Source of the DNA: Octopus sinensis | Lineage: Eukaryota | Length of the DNA: 64,000 nucleotides | Direction: 5' to 3' | Assembly: GCF_006345805.1 (NCBI RefSeq) | Contig: NC_043026.1 | Coordinates: forward strand, 3,534,001 to 3,598,000 | Shown: in pieces, positions 36,900 through 49,132 of the stretch | Layout: the number at the start of each line of letters is the position of its first letter | Position numbering within the stretch: the first letter of the stretch is position 1 | Notes under the pieces: generated by a model | The model's input: the letters and a program-made list of their open reading frames with translations, nothing else | The model's database searches: none | Told to the model about the DNA's origin: nothing | Translations under genes and position numbers: made by a program

Positions 36900-37260
36900 C
36901 AATCACAGCTATAATCCATAACATGCCAACTTCAAGTCATACAACACCTCACTACTTTCATCCATTCATATTCTCCCTTCTCTGTTTTTTTCTTCTCCTT
37001 CCTCTTCTTCTTCATCATCATCATTATCATCATCATCGTCGTCGTCATCATCACCACCATCATCATCATCATCTTCTTCTTCTCCTTCTCCTTCTTCTTC
37101 TTCTTCTTCTTCTTCATCATCATCATCAACATCGTCATCTTCTTCTTCTTCTTCTTCTTCTTCTTCTTCTTCTCCTTCTTCTCTTCTTCTTCTTCTTCTT
37201 CTCCACCTTCTACCTCTTACTTTATCACTAATGCTTTTAGTATAACACCTACGCAAATTC
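36900..37260. repeat. (CTT)n/(CAT)n trinucleotide low-complexity tract
   Basis: Direct reading. Confidence 0.85.
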
Positions 37261-37675
37261 CATAAACAAACCTTTCAATAGAAATATTCTCCTGAATTGA
37301 ACTGCAACTGCTAGCTGCCACTGACCATTCAAAATACGACCATCAAGGCACTCCCAAATTTTTCCACCCCTTCTCCTCATCAACATTCTTCTTCTTCTAC
37401 CCTACCAAGAATTCACAACTGCCTGGAACACACAAGTGCAAACAAGGGAGACAGAGAAAGGCAGAATGCCACTTATATTTGAACACTATACAAAAATTCC
37501 TTTAAAAAAACTTTTCTTTTAATTTTTCTAAATTTAATTATTTAATCGTTACAGTTGAAAAGGTCTCAAAATGACCGAAACCGGTACTGAAATGTTCTTT
37601 ATAAAATTATTTTAGCATTTTCTATCTTGACTTGTTTTTTCATATATAAAATCGTGTGTTCCTTTTCACCCTTAT

Positions 37676-37716
<41 letters not shown>

Positions 37717-37718
37717 TT

Positions 37719-37786
<68 letters not shown>

Positions 37787-37799
37787 TCTTTTATCTTTT

Positions 37800-37982
37800 A
37801 TTTGTTTCAGTGATTTGACTGTGGCCATGCTGGAGCACTGCCTTCACTCAAACAAATTGACCCTTATACTTTGTAAGCCTGGTAGTTATTTATTCTATCA
37901 GTCTCTTTTACCGAACTGCTAAGTTATGGGGATGTAAATACACCAACATCGGTTGTCAAGCAACGGTAGGGGGCAAACACAG

Positions 37983-38054
<72 letters not shown>

Positions 38055-39280
38055 GCTTCTTTCAGTTTCTGTCTACCAAATCCACTCACAAGGCTCTAGT
38101 CGGCCCGAGACTATAGTAGAAGACACTTGCCCAAGATGCCATGCAATGGGACTGAACCTGGAACCATGTGGTTGGGAAGCAAGTGTCTTACTACACAGAC
38201 ATGCCTGCATCTATATAAATGAATATATATATATATATATCATCATCATCATTTAACGTCTGTTTTCCATGCTGGCATGGGTTGGACGGTTTGACTGATA
38301 ACTTATAAGCTAGCGGGGCTGCACCAGGTTTCAATTTGATTTCAATCTAACATCAACCACTTTACAATTATGTATTGGGTCCTTTTTTTCATGCCACCAG
38401 CAAGCATTGGTGTGGTTGCCAAGTGTGGAGGCGCAATGGCCCAGTGGTTAGGGCAGCGGACTCGCGGTCGTAGGATCGCGGTTTCAATTCCCAGACCGGA
38501 TGTTGTGAGTGTTTATTGAGCGAAAATACCTAAAGCTCCACGAGGCTCCGGCAGGGGATGGTGGTGATCCCTGCTGTACTCTTTCACCACAACTTTCTCT
38601 CACTCTTACTTCCTGTTTCTGTTGTACCTGTATTTCAAAGAGCAGGCCTTGTCACTCTCTGTGTCACGCTGAATAGCCCCGAGAACTACGTTAAGGGTAC
38701 ACGTGTCTGTGGAGTGCTCAGCCACTTACAGGTTAATTTCACGAGCAGGCTGTTCCGTTGATTCGGATCAACCGGAACCCTCGTCGTCGTAACCGACGGA
38801 GTGCTTCCCTCCTCCCTGGTTGCCAAGTAACTTGCATGACAGGAAAGAAGAAAATAGAAAACCGAATAAAAGGAAAAGATGGAAAAGTTCAAAACATTTT
38901 CCATTAAATGGGTGAATATTTGAGAGGGTGGAGAGGTTGCTTAGTGCAAGAGATGAGCAGAAGTGTCCTGAAATAGAGAAAATGTGTAGCTATCTGGCTG
39001 GGGTTTAGATGAGGGAGAGTGAGAATATCCGAAAGGAAAATCAGAAAATAGTCAAATTCAAATTCCGATGAACACTTTACTCTTTTACTCTCTTTTACTT
39101 GTTTCAGTCATTTGACTGTGGCCATGCTGGAGCACCGCCTTTAATCGAGCAACCCGACCCTGAGACTTATTCTATCGGTCTCTTTTGCCGAACCGCTAAG
39201 TAATGGGGACATAAACACACCCAGCATCGGTTGTCAAGCAATGCTAAGTGGGGGGGGGGGGACAAACACAGATACACAAG

Positions 39281-39369
<89 letters not shown>

Positions 39370-39550
39370 TTATATACATATATACGACAGGCTTCTTTCA
39401 GTTTCTGTCTACCAAATCCACTCACAAGGCATTGGTCGGCCCGGGGCTATAACAGAAGACACTTGCCCAAGATGCCACGCGGTGGGATTGAACCCGGAAC
39501 CATGTGGTTGGTTAGCAAGCTACTTACCACACAGCCACTCCTGCGCCTAT
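37800..39550. mobile_element. SINE cluster (family A on minus, family B on plus at ~38427-38810)
   Basis: Head ggaggcgcaatggcccagtggttagggcagcgg with B box gtttcaattcc, plus family A motifs. Confidence 0.75.
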
Positions 39551-39614
39551 TCTAAACAAACAAATGTAAACAAACAAATGAAGTTTGCTTTAGAAGCGTT
39601 GAGATGTATTAGAA

Positions 39615-40299
39615 AGTTAAAGTTAAGTTAAGTTAATTTTTTGGCCCAAAAAGCAAAAAGCAAGGCCATGTAGGGGGACATGGAGTTATGTACAGGGTGG
39701 TGTTCATGCAAAGAATTCAGGCCATTTCTGGTCAAGAGAGACTTTGAACCGAGCGGTCGTCGGCATCTTCACTATCTCGTCTGGCAGCTTATTCCACGGA
39801 TCTGCAACCTGGACAGAGAAAGCCCCACTCCTTCGATTGAGATGAAATCGTTGCAGATAGAGCTTTCCGGAGTGACCCCGCAGCCGATGCTCTGGAGCAG
39901 GAGTGAAGAACAGCTCTTTCGAGAGGTTACACTTTCCGCTTATGATGTTGTGAGCAAGAATGAGATCACCACGGCCACGGCGTTTTTCTAGAGAATAAAG
40001 GTCGAGCGTCTTCAGCCTTTCTTCATTTAGGACGAATGTTGCTGTAATTTAGCCCCAGGAGACATCATCTCCAGCTGGCTTTAGGACGTGTTGTATAGCC
40101 AGCTGGAGATGATGTCTCCTGGAGCTAAATTACAGCAACATTCGTCCTAAACCAGGACTACCATGTTATGTTGGCAAAAATCTTTACTCCTATTGAATTT
40201 TGTTTATATTTCTGCTTATGATGTGAGCAAGAATGAGATCACCACGGCGTCATCGTTTTTCTAGAGAATAAAGGTCGAGCGTCTTCAGCCTTTCTTCAT
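39615..40299 (-). mobile_element. CR1-type LINE 3' end with (TTAAC)n tail, interrupted by a hairpin element (40027-40150) and with an ~86-bp internal duplication
   Basis: EERLKTLDLYSLEKRRGRGDLILAHNI...RLRGHSGKL...FSVQVADPWNKLP...FKVSLD. Segments 39938-40026 and 40214-40299 are near-identical. Confidence 0.85.
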
Positions 40300-40406
40300 A
40301 AGACCAAGAACCATGTGGGTCTAAAAGAAGTGATAGGAGGTCACCATCAACATAGTATTGAAAGAAACAAGACAGTACTGTTACTTGAAGGAAAAACTAG
40401 GCTTAC

Positions 40407-40505
40407 CTTGATGGCGTAGAGGTCTCGGTTTTCGTAAGATTTTCCATAATGTATCAGTCCCACATGAGAATATAACTGTGCATAACTCTTAATCAGATCA
40501 ACAAT
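40407..40505 (-). CDS. Carboxypeptidase gene 1 exon (99 nt, phase 0-0): IVDLIKSYAQLYSHVGLIHYGKSYENRDLYAIK
   Basis: Acceptor tttgctgtag, donor GTAAGC. G.SYE.R.L..IK motif of the mature M14A N-terminus. Not in the ORF track. Confidence 0.92.
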
Positions 40506-40958
40506 CTACAGCAAAGAGAATAAAAGAAAACATGAGAATAAGAAGGAAATGATGTTGGAGGATTTACGGAGATGTACTTGCATAGCGAGTGACTTGATCT
40601 GAGATCGTGTGCTGAAATGAAAACAATTGCAGCGTGGAAGGTGTTTGTAAGCCATTTAAGAAACACACAAAAGCCATTCGATTCACTTCAACATTTAAGT
40701 TTAATTTGTCAAAATATTTTTGTTGCTTTAAGACCGCGACCTGTTCACTGACAAAAATCCGTGCTGCATCTGTATATATATACATACATATATATACATA
40801 TATATATATTTATATATATATATATATATATATAGTGGTTTTATCTCTAATTTAATATAATATAATATAATATATTTATACTATAAAATTGGATTTAATC
40901 CTAAATCTAATTTTTCCCTGTAAGTTTGGATTTATTCCCTAATATTATTATAAATATA

Positions 40959-40992
<34 letters not shown>

Positions 40993-41241
40993 CAGCGTGG
41001 AAGGTGTTTGTAAGCCATTTAAGAAACACACAAAAGCCGTTCGATTCACTTCAACATTTAAGTTTAATTTGTCAAAATATTTTCGTCACTTTAAGAGTAG
41101 TAAAGAAATAGGAAAGAGGAGGTGAAGGGAAAGAGAGAGAGGTGAGTTCAAGACACAAGGTAAATATGAGAGACAGAATAGTGAAAAGTGAACTTGATCT
41201 GATCTCTTATACAAGGTGGTATTTATTGCTGATGAACTTAC

Positions 41242-41320
41242 CCTATCTATGGGGGCATAGGTACTTGTCACTGCCTTCTCTGAATACAATACAGACTTGG
41301 GTTTCTCCTCCGCAATTTTA
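41242..41320 (-). CDS. Carboxypeptidase gene 1 exon (79 nt, phase 2-0), pro-segment linker and mature N-terminus: KIAEEKPKSVLYSEKAVTSTYAPIDR
   Basis: Acceptor ctacttgcag, donor GTAAGT. Joins in frame to IVDLIK, resembling the Y..LD.I motif at the start of the mature enzyme. Confidence 0.75.
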
Positions 41321-41419
41321 CTGCAAGTAGGAAATTACAAAGAAGGATTTATACATAACAGAATTACTGGATACTCTAGAAGTATAAAACTGGCATATAG
41401 CTTGTTTCCTAATATACAT

Positions 41420-41597
41420 AATAGCAGGAGTGGCTGTGTGGTAAGTAGCTTGCTAACCAATCACATGGCTCCAGGTTCAGTCCCACTGCGTGGCATCTTG
41501 GGCAAGTGTCTTCTGCTATAGCAACGGGACGACCAAAGCCTTGTGAGTGGATTTGGTAGACGGAAACTGAAAGAAGCTCATCGTATATATGTATATA

Positions 41598-41659
<62 letters not shown>

Positions 41660-42140
41660 TGTGTTTGTTTGTGTGTCTGTGTTTGATAGAATAAGTACTA
41701 GGCTTACAAAGACTAAGTCCTGGGGGTCGATTTGCTCGACTAAAAAGGCGGTGCTCCAGCATGGCCGCAGTCAAATGACTGAAACAAGTAAAAGAGACCG
41801 ATAGAATAAGTACTAGGCTTACAAAGACTAAGTCCTGGGGGTCGATTTGCTCGACTAAAAGGCGAGGCGGTGCTCCAGCATGGCCGCAAGTCAAATGACT
41901 GAAACAAGTAAAAGAGACCGATAGAATAAGTACTAGGCTTACAAAGACAAGTCTCTGGGGGTCGATTTGACTGACTAAAGGCGGTGCTCCAGCATGGCCA
42001 CAGTCAAATGACTGAAACAAGTAAAAGAGACCGATAGAATAAGTACTAGGCTTACAAAGAATAAGTCTTGGGGGGTCGATTTGCTCGACTAAAAGCGGGT
42101 GGTGCTCCAGCATGGCCACAGTCAAATGACTGAAACAAGT
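41420..42140 (+). mobile_element. Family A SINE with its tail segment (~110 bp) repeated four times
   Basis: gatagaataagtactaggcttacaaaga...gactgaaacaagtaaaagag recurs four times. Confidence 0.85.
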
Positions 42141-42359
42141 AAAAGAGTAAATAATTAAGAAAAAATGAAACTAAAATGGTTCCGAAATCAATTTTTTTTC
42201 CTCTACCATTTAAGTACTTTTCATCTTGGTTTCTAGTTCCATCCAATATTGAAATGGGGACACACAGACATGCGCATACCACACCACACACACACACACA
42301 CACATTTTTGTCATTGTCTTGTATGTTTGTTAGCATTTCACCACTGGCATTTCACCATG

Positions 42360-42405
<46 letters not shown>

Positions 42406-42829
42406 GCGTGTGTGCGTGTGCATGTGTGTGTGTGTGTGTGCGTGTGTGTGCGTGCATGTGTGTGCATGTGTGTGTGTGCGTGTGTATGTGTGCGTGCGTG
42501 TGTGTGTGTGTGTGTGGTGAATAGCTGCATATGCGTACACACACAAACATAAATATCTTTATACATAACGAGCTTCTTTCAGTTTCCTTCCACGAAATCC
42601 ATTCACAAGGCTTTGATTGGTCCAGTCCGATAGAAGAAGACACTTGACCAAAGTGACATGAAAATACATTGAAAAGTACCTTAGGAATTAGAACCCAGGT
42701 TTGAAATTTCCCCAAGACACCTGATGAAGGCTGGAGGGTATATCAGCTGAAATGTTGTGTTAACAACAAACAAGATGAGGACAACTATCCGTCAAATGGA
42801 AATAATTCCTCATCTCTTAAATATAGAAC

Positions 42830-42858
42830 TGGAATAATAATAATAATGATAATAGTGA

Positions 42859-42919
<61 letters not shown>

Positions 42920-43077
42920 TTATAATAATAATAATAATAATAATATTAATAATAATAATAATAATATTAATAATACTAATAATATTAATAATAATAATAA
43001 TAATATAATAATAATAATAATAATAATAATTAATAATAATAATAATAATAATTATAATATTATAATATAAAATAATC

Positions 43078-43117
<40 letters not shown>

Positions 43118-43133
43118 TAATAATAATTAATAA

Positions 43134-43164
<31 letters not shown>

Positions 43165-43222
43165 TTATAATAATAATAATAATAATTATAATATTAATAA
43201 TAATCTAATAAATAATAATAAT

Positions 43223-43292
<70 letters not shown>

Positions 43293-43540
43293 TAATAATA
43301 TAAAAAAGTACCTTAGGAATGAGAACTCAGGTTTGAAATATCCCCAAGACACCTGATGAAGGCTGGAAGGTATATCAGCCGAAATGTTGTGTTAACAACA
43401 AACAAAATGAGGAGAAATATCCATCAAAAGTTAAAAAAATGTGCATAATTCCTCATCTCTTAAATATAGAACCACTTTCTCTGTTGTTCTTACAGTTTCA
43501 CTGCATTCAAACTTCACTTTCTTGTCTGTAAATCACCGTC

Positions 43541-43592
<52 letters not shown>

Positions 43593-43595
43593 CCC

Positions 43596-43627
<32 letters not shown>

Positions 43628-43706
43628 CCATCATTATCATCATCATCGCAATTATCATCACCATCATCATCACCGTCATCATCAAAGTCATCATCCTCAT
43701 CCTCAC

Positions 43707-43744
<38 letters not shown>

Positions 43745-43754
43745 CCATCATTAC

Positions 43755-43798
<44 letters not shown>

Positions 43799-44080
43799 CC
43801 ACCACCACCATCATCATCATTACCCTCATCATCATCATCCTCGTCATCACCATCATCATCACCCTTGTCATCACCATCATCATAATCATCATCATCATCA
43901 TCATCACCAACACCACCATCATCATCATTACCCTCATCATCATCACCTCGTCATCATCATCATCATCATCATCATCACCACCACCACCACCACCACCACC
44001 ATCATCATCATTACCCTCATCATCATCATCCTCATCACCACCATCATCATCACCATCATCATCATCACCATCATCATCTA
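42830..44080. repeat. Long (AAT)n tract (42830-43300) and (CAT)n tract (43540-44080)
   Basis: Direct reading. Confidence 0.9.
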
Positions 44081-44315
44081 TTTATGTTCACACACACACA
44101 CACACAGATATATATGCATAGAAGAAGAAAGAGGATGGAAAGGATGAGAGAAGAGGAAGATGAAGAGAAAAGAGGAACACAGCTGAATAAAAACAACAGA
44201 AGGAAAAAAGGAAAAGATGAATAACAGCCATACCATCAACAAAACCACATCAACAACAGCAACAATAATAAGCAACTTAGAAGAACTAAGTGGCATAAAA
44301 CGTGCATGGACATAC

Positions 44316-44397
44316 CTCCTGAGGATTATTCTGGTTGATAGACTTCAGAGTCCCTAATCCAGATTCTGTTTGAGGGACCACCTTCAACAGACGGTAA
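44316..44397 (-). CDS. Carboxypeptidase gene 1 pro-domain exon (82 nt, phase 2-0): YRLLKVVPQTESGLGTLKSINQNNPQE
   Basis: Acceptor ccttctttag, donor GTATGT. Resembles the Y..L.V.P.T..L..L motif of the M14A propeptide. Length and phases match my recollection of exon 2 of vertebrate CPA/CPB genes. Confidence 0.75.
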
Positions 44398-44446
44398 CTA
44401 AAGAAGGAAGAAAAGAAGAGAGAATTAAAAAATTAAAATTTTATTA

Positions 44447-44477
<31 letters not shown>

Positions 44478-44933
44478 GTTTAACGTCCGCTTTCCATGCT
44501 AGCATGGGTTGGACGGTTCAACCGGGGTCTGGGAAGCCAGGCGGCTTCACCAGGCTCTAGTCTGATTTAGCAGTTTTTCTACAGATGGATGCCCTTCCTA
44601 ACGCCAACCAGTCCGAGAGGGTAGTGGGTGCCTTTTACGTGCCACTGGCACAGGTGCTAGACGAGGCTGGCTACGGCCACAATCGGATGGTGCTTTTTAC
44701 GTGCCACCGGCACAGAGGCCAGGCGAGGCTGGCTACGGCCACAATCGGATGGTGCCTTTTACATGCCACCGGCACCTAAATATCTGCATTGTATTTATTT
44801 ATAGACATAGATATTTATATCTACATTGTAGATATTTATAGACAAACAACACATAAGAGATTTTATCATTCTATATTTAAGAGATGAGGAATTATGTACA
44901 TTATTTACGTTATTTACATTAATTACGTTATTT

Positions 44934-47215
44934 GTGTTAACAACAAACAAGATCGGGACAAATATCCGTCAAGTGTAAAGTGTTAACAACAAACAAGATG
45001 AGGACAAATATCCGTCAAATGTAATGTGTTAACAGCAAACAAGATGTGGACAAATATCCGTCAAGTGTAAAGTGTTAACAACAAACAAGATGAGGACAAA
45101 TATCCGTCAAATGTAAAGTGTTAACAGCAAACAAGATGAGGACAAATATCCGTCAATTGTAAAGTGTTAACAACAAACAAGATGAGGACAAATATCCGTC
45201 AAGTATAAAGTGTTAACAATAAACAAGATGTGGACAAATATCCGTCAATTGTAAAGTGTTAACAACAAACAAGATGAGGACAAATATCCGTCAAGTGTAA
45301 AGTGTTAACAACAAACAAGATGAGGACAAACATCCGTCAATTGTAAAGGTAAAAAAACAAGATGAGGACAAATATCCGTCAAGTGTAAAGTGTTAACACA
45401 AACAAGATGAGGACAAACATCCGTCAAATGTAAAGTGTTAACAACAAACAAGATGAGGACAAATATCCGTCAAGTTTAAAGTGTTAACAACAAACAAGAT
45501 GAGGACAAACATCCGTCAAATGTAAAGTGTTAAAAACAAACAAGATGAGGACAAATATCCGTCAAGTGTAAAGTGTTAACAACAAACAAGATGAGGACAA
45601 ACATCCGTCAAATGTAAAGTGTTAAAAACAAACAAGATGAGGACAAATATCTGTCAAATGTAAAGTGTTATCAACAAGCAAGATGAGGACAAATATCCGT
45701 CAATTGTAAAGTGTTAACAACAAACAAGATGAGGACAAATATCCGTCAAGTGTAAAGTGTTAACAACAAACAAGATGTGGACAAATATCCGTCAAATGTA
45801 AAGTGTTATCAACAAGCAAGATGAGGACAAATATCCGTCAAATGTAAAGTGTTAACAACAAACAAGATGAGGACAAATATCTGCCAATTGTAAAGTGTTA
45901 ACAACAAACAAGATGAGGACAAATATCCGTCAAGTGTAAAGTGTTAACAACAAACAAGATGTGGACAAATATCCGTCAAATGTAAAGTGTTATCAACAAG
46001 CAAGATGAGGACAAATATCCGTCAAATGTAAAGTGTTAACAACAAACAAGATGAGGACAAATATCCATCAAATGGAAAAGTGTTAACAACAAACAAGATG
46101 AGGACAAATATCCGTCAAATGTAAAGTGTTAACAACAAACAAGATGAGGACAAATATCCGTCAAATGTAAAGTGTTAACAACAAACAAGATGAGGACAAA
46201 CATCCGTCAAATGTAAAGTGTTAACAACAAACAAGATGAGGACAAACATCCGTCAAATGTAAAGTGTTAACAACAAACAAGATGTGGACAAATATCCGTC
46301 AAATGTAAAGTGTTAAAAACAAACAAGATGAGGACAAATATCTGTCAAATGTAAAGTGTTAAAAACAAATAAGATGAGGACAAATATCTGTCAAATGTAA
46401 AGTGTTAAAAACAAACAAGATGAGGACAAATATCTGTCAAATGTAAAGTGTTATCAACAAGCAAGATGAGGACAAATATCCGTCAAATGTAAAGTGTTAA
46501 CAACAAGCAAGTTGAGGACAAATATCCGTCAAATGTAAAGTGTTAACAACAAACAAGATGAGGACAAACATCCGTCAAATGTAAAGTGTTAACAACAAAC
46601 AAGATGAGGACAAATATCCGTCAAGTGTAAAGTGTTAAAAACAAACAAGATGAGGACAAATATCTGTCAAATGTAAAGTGTTATCAACAAGCAAGATGAG
46701 GACAAATATCCGTCAAATGTAAAGTGTTAACAACAAACAAGATGTGGACAAATATCCGTCAAGTGTAAAGTGTTAACAACAAACAAGATGAGGACAAACA
46801 TCCGTCAAATGTAAAGTGTTAACAACAAACAAGATGAGGACAAATATCCGTCAAGTGTAAAGTGTTAACAACCAACAAGATGAGGACAAACATCTGTCAA
46901 ATGTAAAGTGTTAACAACAAACAAGATGAGGACAAATATCCGTCAAGTGTAAAGTGTTAACAACAAGCAAGATGTGGACAAACATCCGTCAAATGTAAAG
47001 TGTTAACAACAAACAAGATGAGGACAAATATCCGTCAAGTGTAAAGTGTTAACAACAAGCAAGATGAGGACAAACATCCGTCAAATGTAAAGTGTTAACA
47101 ACAAGCAAGTTGAGGATAAATATCCGTCAAATATAAAGTGTTAACAACAAGCAAGTTGAGGACAAATATCCGTCAAGTGTAAAGTGTTAACAACAAGCAA
47201 GATGAAGACAATGCA
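44934..47215 (+). repeat. 46-bp minisatellite, ~50 copies (short second block at ~53826-54190)
   Basis: Unit GTGTTAACAACAAACAAGATGAGGACAAATATCCGTCAAATGTAAA equals the segment directly 3' of the HHR in the PLE-derived family. Confidence 0.95.
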
Positions 47216-47908
47216 AAGTGTAAACTGACATAGCAGACATACAAACATAGTAAATGTACCTATTTCTTTATAGTCTGAAAAAACAAACATCCTTAATCAA
47301 TTTTCAACCATTAATTGGAGCCTCATTAGAGGTGTCTACATCACTTGACAAATCTCAGAAAAACAAGTTGCCATTCTGTTTATATACAGATGAAATCCAG
47401 TAACTCCAGAGAACTGGGGCGACTAACGTGCATGCTATTAGTGTTTCATGCTTTATTTAACATTAGTGGTCTACCAACGAGGAACTCATTTCACACAAAG
47501 TTCATTTATATATATATATATAGTAGACAGTTTGGAGATGATGTACAGGTATTAGTTTCATGGTCCCTTGGCTTGGCAGTGTTGAAGAGGGTGACTGTAG
47601 TGGTAAAAGTTTTGTCTCATGTACTGTTGTAGAGGCAGAAATCCACTGAGTCGAAACAGGTGAGTGCCAAGTAGGTTAGTGCCAAATGCTTGAATGAACT
47701 TTCTGTGAAATGAGTTCCTCGTTGGCAGACCACTAATATTAAATAAAGCATGAAACACTAAAACAATTGTACCAAATTACCGGAGTCATTCTTGTTGCTT
47801 ATTTTTTATAATAATCACCCCACAAATTTTTATGGATAACACCATTCAAAATTCCGGTGCATCTAAATTAAGTACCATATTCATTTGAATCTAAATTGTT
47901 GCTGAACT

Positions 47909-47940
<32 letters not shown>

Positions 47941-49101
47941 TTATTTGAGGGAATAAAATCCAAACTTACAAGGAAAAAAATTCAATTTAGAAGTACTAAA
48001 TCAAATTTCACACTATATAATATATATATATAAAATTAGAAAAAAACTCACCTTTTATCAATTCAAAATGAATAATTAAATTACACCATCTAGAAAATTA
48101 CATATAATAGAAAAGTTAAAATTAAAATAACAATAAAATGTAAATATTAAGTAAATTGCAAAAATAATAATAAAAATGTAATAAAAATGTATATAATAGG
48201 TAGAAAAACATTTTTATTATTATTTTGGCAATTTACTTAATATTTACATTTTATTGTTATTTTAATTTTAACTTTTCTATATATGTAATTTTCTAGATGG
48301 TGTAATTTAATTATTCATTTTGAATTGATATAAGGTGTTTTTTTTCTAATCTTATATATAATATATATATAATTATAATAAAGGGTTAATTGCACACAAG
48401 TTGCTTAAACCACATACCGAAAATATTAGAAATAGCAGCCAAATAGGTTACCATTACTACTACTAGAAAAATAAGTCTCCACAAACAAACGGAGACTTAT
48501 TTTTCTAGTAGTAGTAATGGTACTTATTTGGCTGCTATTTCTAATATTTTCGGTATGTGGTTTAAGCAACTTGTTGCAATTACCCTTTATTATAATTATA
48601 TATAATCTTTACCGAATATGGTCCTTTCCATACCGAAAAAACTACAAGGTGAAATTTATTAATTTTATAAATTAATTATATTTCACCCTTATGTGTGTGT
48701 ATATATCTTTATATATAAAAGAGAGGTTTTGTGTCTGTCTCCTACGATTTAGATTCCTAACTACTCCCACATTTTGCGGTGCAGTTTAACCAAAACCGGG
48801 TATCTTATAGTCGTGATTCATATCGAGCCCTTCTGGGTATTAGCATGCGTCGACGATGAGTCTATGATTTTTAAAAAAATTTACCATCATTTTTTTCCAT
48901 TTTAATGCATTTTTTCGCTATTATATAAGGGAAGTAACTCTCTAAAAATGTCTACGATGAGTCAACGATTTAAAAAAAAATTTACCATAATTTTTTTTCC
49001 ATTTTAATGCATTTTTTGGCTATTTTTTGGCTATAACTCTCTAAAAACGCTTATATAGTTATTTCCCTTACAAACCCGAGCAACGCCGGCGATACTGCTA
49101 G

Positions 49102-49132
<31 letters not shown>

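Noticed and set aside
43494-43525. 32-nt AG..GT segment with the right phase (0 to 2) for the missing pro-domain exon
   Set aside because: In-frame TGA at codon 4, no polypyrimidine tract, and far too short.
47259-47290. Possible first or micro-exon (MFVFSDYKEI) near a TATA-like motif
   Set aside because: It ends in phase 1, but the next exon needs phase 2, and there is no signal peptide.
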